This document shows positions 52,104 to 64,000 of a stretch of DNA of 64,000 bases, piece by piece (positions within the stretch are counted from its first letter, which is position 1; each line of letters begins with the position of its first letter). The stretch lies in contig NC_134026.1 of the NCBI RefSeq assembly GCF_964204645.1, positions 15,286,150-15,350,149 on the forward strand, written 5' to 3'. Source of the stretch: Tubulanus polymorphus (Eukaryota > Animalia > Nemertea). The notes under the pieces are model-generated. The model had not been told where the DNA came from and made no database searches. It saw only the letters and a program-made list of their open reading frames with translations. Position numbers and translations under genes: made by a program.

Positions 52104-54219
52104 ATGTCGGACACTAGTCCTAGAGATAAAAAAGCCTGTTCGCGGGTGCATGAAATGTCTGGTTCCTCCTCTCCTACCGGCGCGGTACGACCTCCGGTGG
52201 GGATGCAGGCCGGCGTTCCCTCATGGGAGCCCTCCGTTGTAAGTTCCGGGCGGCAATCCCGCAACAAGAGGGCGAAGAAAGTCGTTGAGTCGTCGGGTCT
52301 CGGCCAACCGCCCCCTGTCGCTCTTGCTACGACAGTGGCCCAAGAGGCCATTAAACCTCCGCCCGAACTGGTTCCTAATTTTATTCCGGTTCCTCCATAA
52401 GAAAGCCAGTCCCAACCCGGCTGGAACCATCTACTGGGTCTCGGACGGGTCCAAACGAGTCGTCATCCGAGACGACCGTACATGCTACGGCCCCGGCTAA
52501 CCGATCATATCCGAGTCCGGGGTCCGTTGCTGTACCAATGAAAAGCCTTGACTCGTCTGGTACAGGGATTTCGATCAGACTCAAATCTCCCAGACCAGGG
52601 ACTGGGTCATCTCACTCAGCCGATCCAGGACTGCCCTCTTCCAAAAGGCCGGATTCTCGTTTTTCTCCACAAGCTCGCTCGCCCATGCAACGCTCCCCGG
52701 GAGCGAGGCGCAGGAGACGGTCACCGTCGCCCTCAGGCTCGACCTCATCCAGTAGGAAGACGTATGACCGTTACCGGCGTTTCCTGGTCCAGCTCCTCAT
52801 CGAGGTCTCGATCCTCGAGTAGGAGTCCAGTGCGTTCTCCACGCTATTACCGTAGCCGTTGAAGGAGGTCCCTTTCGCCGGAGCCGGCTGCCTCTACGTC
52901 GGCTGAGGATTTCAAGGCACTTCAGGCATAAATGCATAGTCTGTTGGAGTCGGCAAAAGGTCACCTTGGCTCGACCGGAGCCGGAGCGCCCCAGCCGCTT
53001 TCATCTGACTCAGAAAACTCCACTCTCGAGGAGGGTTCCCTCCCGGTACCCGACCCTGAGGATGTTGATGAATATTCCTTGGAGGCAGGCCACGGCACGC
53101 GTTTAGGCTCTAAGGAGCCATCGCCTCGGGTCCCGCCCGAAGGGTCCATTTCCCATCCTCCGTTGACGTTTGACCGACTTCCCAGTCCTGCGGCCTCGAT
53201 CAACACGACTTTTGACAGTTCGACACCGGCAGATTCGAGAGGTTTTCCGCAAGCATGGCGCCACCGTGCCTAAGCCTCATAAGTCTCATGAGTGTATGGC
53301 CTCGTATGCTGCCTCCGCAGGAGACTCTCATGCTCTCCGCGAGTCCTGCGCAGTGATGGCCGAGTGGACACGGATCGATAGGCACTTGTGGGGTCAGGAT
53401 CGGCTAACTGGTTTTGCCTACCCCCCCCGCCGGAATCGGGTCTCAAGCAGGGAAAGTTCCTTTCTCTTGCTGAGCCACCGATCCCCGGTTTTAGAATGTC
53501 CTATTATCATACGCCCGGGTCAACTGAACGTTTGCATGGTTCGGTCGACGCGGACGTTAGATCGATTTTTTTTCTCACCGTCGGTCGCGCCCGTCCTTAA
53601 CATTCATATGCCTAAGGCAGGGGTGACCTCTTCCTTGTCATTCCTGGAAAATATTACGCTTATCGGGAGTTTCCAAGATATGGCCATGTTGTCTCTGATT
53701 GGGGAGCTCAGAGAGGTTCAGGCCCTCCTGGAAAGGGAAACGGCGGAACCTTCGGAGGTCGCGGATGCCCTAGCGGGTATGGATAGAATCATCCAGTCAC
53801 TGGGTCGGTCGGCTTCGCATGCGATTATTCTTGCCGTCAGAGCTCATGCCAACATGATCCTGGCAGCAAGGACCTCATTGATCAAGGATTTTGGAGCTAA
53901 ACTCCCAGAGGTGACCCAAGATTCTCTTTTCTTGGCTCTGCTGGGTCACTCCAATCGCCTTTTTTCTGGCTGGTGTGCCCCAGTGGCAGCGGAATTCCAA
54001 AAAATTAAAGAATCGCAGGCGAAGTCGCATCGAGCCTTTAATATCCCTAGGAAGCAGCCTGCACAGACTGCCAGCTCAGTGGCGTCTCCAGCGACCCCTC
54101 CTGTGTTTTCCGGTCACTCAGCTTCGGTGAGCAACCGGGGAAGAGGCAGATCGTTTAGGGGTAAGGGTAAGGGTAAGGGTAAGTCCTCTGCCAAGCCCTT
54201 TTGTAAAGCCCAAAATTGA
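52104..54219 (+). pseudogene. DIRS ORF1 (gag-like), frameshifted
   Basis: Ser/Arg/Pro-rich N-terminus, a helical region, and an RGRGRSFRGKGKGK C-terminus directly before RT. Confidence 0.7.
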
Positions 54220-54225
54220 AGTTTC

Positions 54226-55662
54226 CGGGCCAGTGGGCGGTCGTCTTCAAGCGGCGACCGACCACTGGTCCGATAAGTTTGGAGACGGATGGGCCACGAG
54301 GGTAATCTCGAAAGGTTTTCGCCTCCGATTCGAAACGAAGCCTCGCCTGATGAGACAACCTCCGGACATGAGACCCAAGAGAGGTCAGGAGGCACACATC
54401 ACCCCTGCAATCGAAGAGTTGTTACTGAAGGGCGCACTCCAGCCGGTACAAAACGAATCCTCTCCGGGCTGGAACTCGAGACTGTTTACAGTGCCCAAGG
54501 CCTTCGGAGGCCTACGCACGGTAATAGACTTGTCCCTTCTCAACAGACATCTCAGGGTGCCAAAGTTTCGCATGACCACACCGATGCAAGTAGTTCAGGC
54601 GCTCCGCCCCGGTCAATGGGCAGCGTCGATCGCTCTGAAGGACGCATACTTCCAGGTGCCGATACATCCCAAATCGCGTTGCTACCTCCGGGTCAAGTGG
54701 AAGGGTCGTCAGTACCAGTTTTCGGCTCCTCCTTTCGATCTAAGCTCGGCGCCCTGGGTGTTCACTAAGCTGGTCAAACCAGTCCAACGATATCTTCATA
54801 AAGGTGTGAAGAGGTTCGTATATCTGGACGACTGGTTAATTGTGGGCAACTCTCGGGACGAATGTCAGGCATCCATGGACTTGGTTCTGGACCTGGTGCG
54901 GGGAATTGGGCTTCAGGATAAATCTCGATAAGTCCCAATTACACCCGTCGCAAACATTCACCTACCTGGGCATGGAGTTCAACCTTCGCAAGGGCCGGGT
55001 GTTTCCCACTCAGGCCATGGTAGACAAACTGCAAGCTGTATCCGGCCTGTCGAGCACACCTCGGTCAGCGCGGTACTGGTCAAATGAGCTACATGTCCCT
55101 GGTGATTCCGCTGGGTTGCCTTCACAGCCGGCCATTTCAACGTTTTTGGAAGGCCTGCTGGCTGTGTTCGACAGGAGATTGGGAGGCTCTGCTGCCGCTT
55201 CCTCCTCCGGGTCTGGATCCAGAGCTAAGTTGGTGGACGTCCCTTTGCAATCTCAGGAAGGGTACATCTCTGGCACCACTCTGAGCCCCCCTCAGGCTGT
55301 TTACCGACGCGAGTCATGTGGGTTGGGGCGCTCATTTGGAGAATTCTCAGAAGGCCGGGAGATGGTCTCATCAGGAGGGGTTTCTCCATATCAATCAGTT
55401 AGAGCTCTTAGCGGTGCGCAATGCCCTGGGTTTCTTTCACAGGAGGTTGATAGGCAGACACATGTGGTTAGCCACCGACAACCAGACGGTCAGGGCCTAT
55501 CTTCTGAACCAAGGAGGCACCAGATCGGTTACGCTTACCGCTCTCATGGCGGAGATTCTTATCTGGTGTCAAGCTCGAGGAATTCACCTTTCCGTGGTTC
55601 ACCTAGCGGGCAAGAGGAACGTCGTTGCCGATGCCCTTTCCCGTCAGGATGCGGCCATTTCT
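54226..55662 (+). pseudogene. DIRS reverse transcriptase and RNase H, frameshifted
   Basis: VGGRL, SRLFTVPK..GGLR.VIDL, LKDAYFQVPI, SSAPWVFTK, YLDDWLI; then LFTDAS..GWGA, HINQLELLAV, TDN, NVVADALSR. Confidence 0.93.
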
Positions 55663-56460
55663 CAGAGATGCTAGTTTTCCGGAAATATCCGGAATTCCGG
55701 AAATTTAGGATCGCCGATGTCAATTCCGGAAATTTGGTGAGAATTCCTCGCGGCGACCAGTAATGGCACAGACCGTAAAAGCGTTCGTTTGCTTGTACTC
55801 GTCGTCGCTTCTGTGTTATTTCATCTTGGTCTCTGTTTCCGAGGACGTTCTGCTACAATGTATATATGTGTGCTTGTTGTGGTATCTGTGCGTGTGTAGG
55901 TGGAGCGCCACTGTTGTGATGCCATTTCCAATTATCTTTACGCGCCGTTGTACATCGTCCCGCTGACGGCCAACAATGTGAAGATGCACGTGGTAATAAT
56001 TAAGATGATATTTAATAAATATCATCTTAATGATAACCATTCACGGAAAGATTGTCAGTCGGGAGTCGGCCGATATAAAGGCAATTGACAGCGGTATAAA
56101 AATTAAATTTAACTGGCCCTGGCTAGAGTGTAAGGACAGTAATGGGGACTACTTATCGAACTACATTCGTAAGTTAGACTTAGTTGGCGTGGCGTACTGT
56201 GTCGTTTGTAAAGACCAGGTCAAATACGGTAGTGGCGGGAAAAAAGATATTCTTCGTCACCCGGATAGCGCGCGGCATAAGAAGGCAGCGAGGGATGTGA
56301 AGCACAACGAATGCCTGCCGTCGTATTTTCAGATGAAAGATGCCGATCGTGATACTGCATCTCCGGCGATGCAAAAACGCAAAATTATTCCTGGGGGAGA
56401 ATTTTTCAGACCCCCTGTTCTAAATTCCGGAATTTTGGTACTTTGGCCCTAGCATCTCTG
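55663..56460 (+). mobile_element. Internally deleted hAT-like element with 6-bp TSD, retaining a BED-like zinc-finger ORF (56030-56340)
   Basis: TIRs cagagatgctag / ctagcatctctg with atttct on both sides. Protein KFNWPWLE...AYCVVC...YGSGGK..I.RH..S.RH. Removal rejoins LSRQDAAIS|TEWSLHP. Confidence 0.9.
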
Positions 56461-56466
56461 ATTTCT

Positions 56467-56890
56467 ACCGAATGGTCGCTTCACCCGGAAGTGGCAGTTC
56501 GAGTGGGGTCCCTGGTAGGCGATCCATTAATAGATCTGTTCGCCACCAGGTTCAACAAGAGGTTCCCGCTGTTAGTGTGTGTCCCCGTTTCCGGACCAGA
56601 TGGCCTGGAAGATAGACACATTCTCGTTCCACTGGGACGGGATCCTAGCGTATGCGTACCCCCCGATTCAAGTCTTATCAGCTGTCCTCGACCAGATATA
56701 GCTGGCATCCTCTTGTCTGATTGTTCTGATCGCGCCTTGCTGGCCAGCTCAGGCGTGGTTCAGTCGTCTTCTCAACCTTCTGTGCGACAATCCCAGGTGC
56801 TTGCCGCAATTTCCATCCCTCCTGTCGCAGAGGGGTTTCCAGCAGCACCCGGCACTACATATGCTCAACCTTCATGCCTGGCCGTTGTCG
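56467..56890 (+). pseudogene. DIRS DNA N6-adenine methyltransferase-like domain
   Basis: EWSLHP, IDLFAT..N, W.G..AYAYPP and LIAPCWPAQAWF motifs across a frameshift and a stop. Confidence 0.8.
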
Positions 56891-57920
56891 AGCGACGCTT
56901 GACGAGTGCAGGCTTTTCAGTCAGGGCTTCCTCGTTCATCGCTAAATCCGAACGCCCTAGTACAGGCGGGATTTATAACTCAGTGGAAGATCTATAGCGA
57001 TCGGTGTAGTCAACGGGGTTTGATCCATGCTCTTCCCCTGTAGCCGCCCTTGCTGAATTTTTCCTCTTTTTGAGGTCAAAGGGCAGCAGGTGGTAACCAT
57101 TAAGGGTTACCGGTCTGCTATCGGCCATACTTTCAGGGCCGCTGGTTTTCCGGACCTGACTACTGATCCCAGTATTTCCCAGCTCATTGCCGGTTTCGCA
57201 GTAGCCCGGCCGAAAGTGCCTCGGGAAATCCCTCCATGGGACTTAGGGGTGGTCTTGAGATTTCTCATGGCACGTCCGTATGAACCCCTCTCCGAAGTGA
57301 GTCTGTCCAAACTCACTAAGAAAACATTTTTGTTTTTGTTTTTGGCTATGTCCGCTAGGAGGTCCGAAATTCATGCATTAACGACTCGACCTGGTCATAT
57401 CGTTTTCGGTCCTGGTCATCGTTTTGTTGTTCTCCGCCCTTACCTCAATTTTATCGCTAAGAATCAAAGACCAGGTGCGGTTGGTAGAGAGTGGAGGTTG
57501 GAGGCTCTAACGCATAGGGTTCAATCTGACCTTCCAGATCGGGCGCATTGTCCGGTTGGGCATTGAGATTTTATTTGCGTCGGACAGCCTCACTTCGGGG
57601 AAAGAGGGATCGGTTGTTTATTACGCTGAATGAGCAGTCCTCGAAGGATGTCTCGAAGGATACTATTGCTCGGTGGGTTTCAGAACTCATTCGTAGATGC
57701 CGAGTCTACTCGTGTTGTCAGTCATCAGGTGCGCGCGATGGCGACTTCGTGGGCAGCTTTTTCGGGCGCATCCATAGAGGAGGTTTGTCAAGGTGCCTTC
57801 TGGAATAGTCAGAATACTTTCGCCTCCTTTTATTTGCAGGATGTGTCGGGACAGTTGGGTTCTCTTTTGTCGGTGGGCCCAGCAGTCATTGCAAAGGGCG
57901 TTCGGGTTTTTCCCTCGGGG
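56860..57920 (+). pseudogene. DIRS tyrosine recombinase (family B), frameshifted
   Basis: TIKGYRSAI, PPWDL..VL, SARRSEIHAL, HCPV, HQVRAMATSWA, AFWNSQNTFASFY. Confidence 0.92.
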
Positions 57921-59098
57921 TCTGCTCACTCCAGTTCTCATCCTGTAGATATATCGGATCCGTTTATCCAAGTCAAAATGATTATTGATTGTTTTGCGTT
58001 ATTTTGGCTGTTTTTGTTTGTTCCGTAGCTAAGACCCAGGGGTTTTTTGCTGCCGGATTATCCTGGGGAGTGTGTTTGCCGTTCTGATTTAACAGGATTC
58101 ATTTTCTCTCATAACCTGTAGATATGTGAGCTTAAGCTAGGATATATCTGTACATGTATATGTTTTCTGTTGCTCCGGGTGTGAGTATAGTCTGGAATCT
58201 TTGTGCCGGGAGCAATTATATTTAACTTTGCTTGGACCTTGTTGCCGAGAGCGATGGGTTAGTTCGGTAATTTGGTTTTGGCGCAGTTTTCAGGGTGAGT
58301 AATTTCCTTTTTTGAACATGCTTTATTTGTGGTTTTAGTTTACACACATTTTTTGGGAGCCTTGGCTAATCCTTCTAAAATGTGCCCCATGTAACGTATC
58401 CTGAAGGAAATATCATAATTTTCCAGAGTAAAATTTGTATTTCTGAGGGATACTTATGTGGGGCACAGGATATTCCCGCCTGCCTTCCCCGCTCGGCTCT
58501 TTGCGCTGAGTTTCGGGAGAAATTGAGTCACGTGGCTCGTGGGGGCGCCACCGTACAGTACCGGGTACTCCAAAAAATGTTTAGCGGTATAGTTCCCAAA
58601 TTAAGGTAACTTTTAAAATGTCCCCCACGTAAGTATCCCTCAGAAATACAAATTTTACTCTGGAAAATTATGATTTTTCCATGATCCGTGGACAGAATGC
58701 AATTGTTAAGGGACATTTTGAAGATGCTTCAATGGATTGCAGGCCTCTCGCTGGTAAATAAATGTTCACGGCCAATCTAAGCACAGCAGGTGCTCAGCCA
58801 TTAGGGGGGTCATGTCAACGGTCTGGCCGATCGATAATCATTCGTATGCTTAATACACTACGCTCAAAGCTATTTTAGCACACTCAAACGCAACTTCAGT
58901 AGCCTGTAATTTCACTACTAATTGTTTTTTTTCTGTGAGGCTGATCCCATGTCATCATTTATTTACTTAAGTATCATTTGGAAAGTAAACCTCAAAAAGT
59001 AGGAATTAGAGGGCATTTGACCTTTCAGCAAAAGTTGAAAGCCGTGGGTTTACTATTTTTTGAGTAATTTACAAAAAAAGTGTAAAAAAATCGATTTA

Positions 59099-59557
59099 TT
59101 TTCATTGGCTTGCATGCTTGCAAGCCCATATTGCTATCACACGGATTGATAACTTGCTTGGAGAGTCGATAGTTTTCGTTAGAAACCCTCTTGGGCTCTG
59201 ATATTTACATACATTTAATGCTGCAATAAAATCTAGGCTCCTTTCTTATATTGGCTATATCGGTTGTCGTTTTCATTGTTTTATGATTCTGTTCAATCGT
59301 TTTAGTTATTTCTGCGGCGCATACCAGCCTTAGTTGAGGTTGCGTGATCATTCTTGAAATTGGTATTCATGTGCGGCATAGTGCTGTCGACAATTCAATT
59401 CGTTGTTTATTGGCACAAGAAAATTTCAAAATAAAACATTTACTTTCACGTTTTTGAAAAATTCTTTTCATTTTCTTTTACTTTCATTTGGTGCTTGCAA
59501 TAGGGGCCATTTGAAAAATCTCTGTATGAACATTTATATTTATCAGTTTAGATATCT
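59099..59557 (+). repeat. HINE-like catgggcttgc family, truncated copy
   Basis: Aligns with the 5' part of 17508 and 37459. Confidence 0.8.
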
Positions 59558-60083
59558 AGATGTTGTAATGGGTCCAAAAATCAAATTTTTGCTAACAAAT
59601 GAGGTTATAACATAACTTTTTAATCTGTTGGAAATGAAATTTTGAATATCGCGTTCATTTAAGAGAAATCGACGAATTTGTGACGATTTTTAAAGAAATT
59701 TCAAGGAGCATTTTGTTTCATAAAACGTCTAGAAGGCCGATGTACAACGTTACATTGAAGTAAAATAACTGCCCCCTGCGGTTGGCTGAGCTCCCGCTGT
59801 CAATCAATGTAAGGGCATATTTGATTGACACAGACAAATCGGTCTTTTAATGTTCTCATCTATTAATCTGCTCGGTTCTAGTTTCTCATTTCCCATGGGA
59901 GCACCTTATATGTTTATTTTTAATTTGATAACCGTAGTATCGATTCCGTCTCCCCATTGTCACGAGTAATGTGACCGGATGCCTCAATACCAAAAAAATA
60001 CGGAAGCCGGATTTCAAAAACGAATATAAATTTATTACACTATGTACATCAGATTCATAATTCGTACAACGAAGAATAAGAAT

Positions 60084-60235
60084 ACTCGGCACTGGCAACC
60101 GACGAACAACGAACGATGATGAATTAGACACTCGGCACTGGCAACCGACGAACGACGAACGGAACGACGAACGATGAATTAGACACTCAGCACTGGCAGC
60201 TGACGAACAAAACACGCGGCACTGGCAGCTGACGA
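60084..60235. repeat. Short tandem array in an LTR-like region
   Basis: About four units of ctcggcactggcaaccgacgaac... with variable spacing. Confidence 0.7.
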
Positions 60236-61469
60236 TTACGATATCGGTTGAGTACCCACCATTACGGGTCGATACCGGACCGGCATTCAGCCGGAAACTA
60301 GTATACCTTCGTACACTAAACACTATAAGATATAAGCTGGAAACAATTCCAGAAATTACCAAAAATGCAATAATCTAAATTTAATGCAATTCATTATCAG
60401 ATTAAATAATAATCTCAATATTAAGTCTTCAATCTATATATATATGAGTTAACAGTCAAATGCCAATACTTTCTGAATCTTATATCTAGATTCTAGCACT
60501 AAAAATTAAACAATTATAGAATTGATAGAACTATTCAACTACAACTCCATCTGAATTCCATTATTATAGAATGTTAAATACGAGAAAAATACTAGAGGAA
60601 AACCCCTCAAACTCAAGGATATAGTGTAAGAAAAATGTCGAACTTACCCCACAACGTGACCACAACCACGCTGGTCATTGCGTGAGCGTACACACGCAGG
60701 CTTATGGCGAAATGCATTTAACAAATCGAACCAAGCAAATATATAATACCCATTATTGTAACGGGTCAAAGAATATGAAAGACATCGGCAGAGTGAAGGA
60801 TATATACTACCCTACTGAGTTACACGAGTGACACCCATACCTATTTCATTATGCAAATAACCGAAGATTCAATCGATATGCTACTTCACAGAAGATTATG
60901 CGCGCACAATCGAATAGGCCCAAACCTTGTGTATTGCCGCGATGATTGCTGATTAGATTTCGATGATGTTGTTCACCGAAATCAGCAGAATATACACATC
61001 CATGAAGTGTTCAAGAAAAACCTTTAAGATGCATCAATCAGATGGCGCCTATACATTACAAAGATAACATTCTGCGCCCTAGATATTAAGATCCGTGGAT
61101 CTCTTGTTAGAATTTCTTGCCTGCCTACTTAAAGCAATCCTATCGTGAAATTATTAAAAACCATGTAAGTCGATAAAATTTATCTAGTCAGTAACCTGCA
61201 CTGGACTCAAATTTGAAGAACTTGAGTGCTTCTGTCCTGATTGGTCCGTATGATAATGAAAAACCCCCGATAAAACTCAGGCTCTCACTAAGTTTGTACC
61301 GTATGTTAACGGGGGACTCATAGTTGTTTTACGTCATTCTAGGGATGTATTAAAATAATGGACATTTTTTTTTTGAGACAAAAATTCACATTATCAATTT
61401 TTCGAAGATTTCAGACTTAAGTTATCAGTCAGTTATCATCAAAATGTCACACTGACCTAAATTGAGTCC

Positions 61470-63862
61470 TTTTTAGGCCAGCCGTAGGCTGAGCCTATTA
61501 CTATACAAATGGAGCGAATTTAAATGACATGGTTTCCACACAAAAGGCTCTTTTGCTTGCCAAGTGAGGGCATATTCGAACAAATCACGTATTTAAGCGT
61601 AATCCATTCTCGGAATCGTAGCGAGCAGAATTTTGAAATAGGGTCTCATAAAAATGTTTTCTGCATTTTTCACGAAAGTTAAATCGGGAAAATTTCAATT
61701 TTTATCAGCCAATCAGGAAGTTGTGTCTTCCCTGTGATTGGTTTATCTGAAAATATCAGCAGCTGTTCACGTGAATTATCGCGATTTCATTACTGGCGCT
61801 TTTGCGCATGACGTCATGTATCAACACGCGACAATACTTCCGCGTTCGCTACGTGTTCGCTGATTGGCCCATTTACTGGGAAATTCCACAGAAGCCTAAT
61901 GTGGTTTGTTACAAGCGCTGTGATTGGCCCGACCCGATTCTGGCATGGCTTTAGCTTAGTGGGTTCGAATCCCTTGACGGGAATCTGAAGATGATGGATC
62001 CTATCAATATCTATTGAAACAAATAAGTTTCCCGGTTGGGCAGCCGCGGATATCTACCGGAAGTGTTCCGGTTCGATATTTCGAGGTTTTGAGGAATTTT
62101 GGAGTGATATTGAAATCCGGTAAATACCAGCGGTAGATTGTGAAAACCCATTGCATGATATTTGTATTACTTAATCAACGAAAAGCGTCGGGGCCGCGCC
62201 AGGAGTTTTCGTGATTCAAGTAGCGCAATAGCCTACTTCTTCGTGTTCGTCCACCTCAATTTTCATTCCGCCGATCTCTGACACGGCTCTGTGCCCGTCG
62301 GCGCTGTGATTGCACTTTCGTATCACCAACATTTTTTATTTCTATATCAGGGAGGTCTGGAGAATAAAAAAGTCAAAATTTGGATATCACATAGGCCTGA
62401 TTTCATCGAATAAGTCGACCATGGTCGTTACGTTTCCGTACTTATTACCACCTAAAACCGTCTGAACAATTTTGTCACAACCAACATTTCGTTTACAGAT
62501 ATCAGGGTTCACGTGAACCCGCGGTCGTCTACTGTTTTACTTCCGGATTTTATTTTAAGATTTAAAATTGTATTTCAAGATCGATTTCTATGAAATCTTT
62601 AGTTGATTTGGTGTTTGGGAGGAATTTTTATTTGCTCTACAGAAAATTCATCCTTGACAATTGCGCAAGGTTCGCGAAAAAAATGGTTTTACCAAATCGG
62701 GTGTATGACCTTGATATGCTAATTAGCCATGTGCCCGAATTGTAAATTCAATCAAATTTTATTCTGCCAAAAAAATGTTAAATACAATTCGCTTTCCGAG
62801 AGTTAATGGTATGCTGCATGGAACAAAGTTGTTTTGAGATGGGTCTTGAAGCTATTGAGGTCGAGAGATAACCATCTAGATAGTTCGTGAGAGTTCCAAA
62901 GTTTTGAAGAGGCTTCAAGGTAATGTCTTGATATTTGGTTTATACGTGTATCTACCCTAGACACATCTTCAGGCCAAAAACTGGCCCTGTCAGATTCAAG
63001 ATGGCCGACTGGCAGCCATTGTTGTTCGCCAAAATTAGCACTTTTTACACATTTTTGAAGTTTTCGAGGGAAATTTTGAAGACACTTTTATCAATAACCT
63101 TGATCATTCGTATATATTTGTTTCCCCCGAGGGCCCATCGGCATGAGAAAAATTGGGTCGATCGGACTCAAGATGGCCGTCCTGTGACCTTTTTTGTTCC
63201 CAAAAATGTCAATTTTGGCCTGAATTCTGAGTACTGTAGCTTTCTAATGGTGTGCCATGTTTCATTGCAATTTGTAATGGGTATTCTTTGGAAAGGGATC
63301 TTTTATATCCGAGAGGGTATTTTTGACCAGGCAATTATGACGCACTTGGCGGCCATCTTGGAGTCATCAGTACTCATTCGTAGGTGGAAAAAAGTTTTTC
63401 CACATCATAATTGATACTTAAGCATATTTTGCAACTATAATCAATTGGAAAGTTGTAGCTCATGTTCTATGATCGAGGTGAGTTTCAAGCTCATTGGTTT
63501 TTGTTTATGGCCACCAGGGGGCGTTGAACAATACAATAACTTAGTATTTCTATATTACATTCGTACCTATGCATATTTTGCTACGACAATCAATTGGAAA
63601 GTTGTAGCTCATGACATGGTCTATGATCTTGGTGAGTTTCAAGCTCATTGGTTTTTGTATATGGCCACCAGGGGCGTTGAACAATACAATAACTTAGTAT
63701 TTCTATATTACATTCATTCCTGCTGTCTGTGTTAACACACGATTTTACTATGTAAATGATATTGAGCAGGGAGTGTCTATTGATAAATATAACCCACAGA
63801 TTACATCATTTATAAAAAGCAAATCTGACAGGCTGGCCATTGTGCCCCTTGGGGCTCTTGTT
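61470..63862 (+). mobile_element. HINE-like aggccagcc family element with nested inserts (including ~62900-63715 of the 10071-type family)
   Basis: 5' aggccagccgtaggctgagcct hairpin and 3' caggctggcc...gccccttggggctcttgtt; internal blocks match 15286-16181. Confidence 0.75.
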
Positions 63863-64000
63863 GATATATTTTTTCTCATTTCATTTTCAAGGAAATGAAT
63901 TTTTGCATACCGGTAGCCTTTACATGACAGTTTTTTTTACGTCACACCAGTTTAGCGAGCCACTGAACCATCAGTCATTTATTGAAATTTAGGATTGATT

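Larger units (their letters stand above)
51576..58676 (+). mobile_element. Structurally complete DIRS1-type retrotransposon (family B), decayed
   Basis: Starts and ends in TTT. Left ITR 51576-51707 is inverted relative to 58518-58632. ICR 58380-58466 is complementary to the element's first ~30 nt and to its 3' extension. Order is gag, RT, RH, MT, YR. Confidence 0.95.

Noticed and set aside
58680-64000. Next SMC6 exon
   Set aside because: No ag/gt-bounded frame resembling the expected hinge continuation was found; it probably lies beyond the window.

Overview
AT-rich metazoan (probably invertebrate) nuclear DNA; there is no prokaryotic gene content. The window lies inside one spliced + strand gene, SMC6. 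Eight GT-AG exons with matching phases (999 nt, 333 aa, N-terminal coiled coil into the hinge) are spread over about 49 kb, and the last is a 27-nt microexon. The introns are filled with nested mobile DNA: the 3' end of one DIRS (tyrosine-recombinase) retrotransposon, an internally deleted relative, and a structurally complete but decayed second-family DIRS (gag/RT/RNase H/methyltransferase/YR, ITRs, ICR). They also hold two pogo/Tigger transposons, a decayed ZNF862-like hAT transposon, several Helentron-type (HINE) elements, solo LTRs, a LINE 3' end, a tRNA-derived SINE and two hammerhead-ribozyme-like Penelope remnants. The most notable observations are: six CAG...CTG-terminated elements with 6-bp (not 8-bp) target duplications, a four-level nested insertion stack, a microexon wedged between two DIRS ends, a ~1 kb inverted repeat pair bracketing two in-frame exons, and an unidentified duplicated coding-like sequence. 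I see no clearly new biological system. Family names come from recognising motifs by eye, not from database searches.
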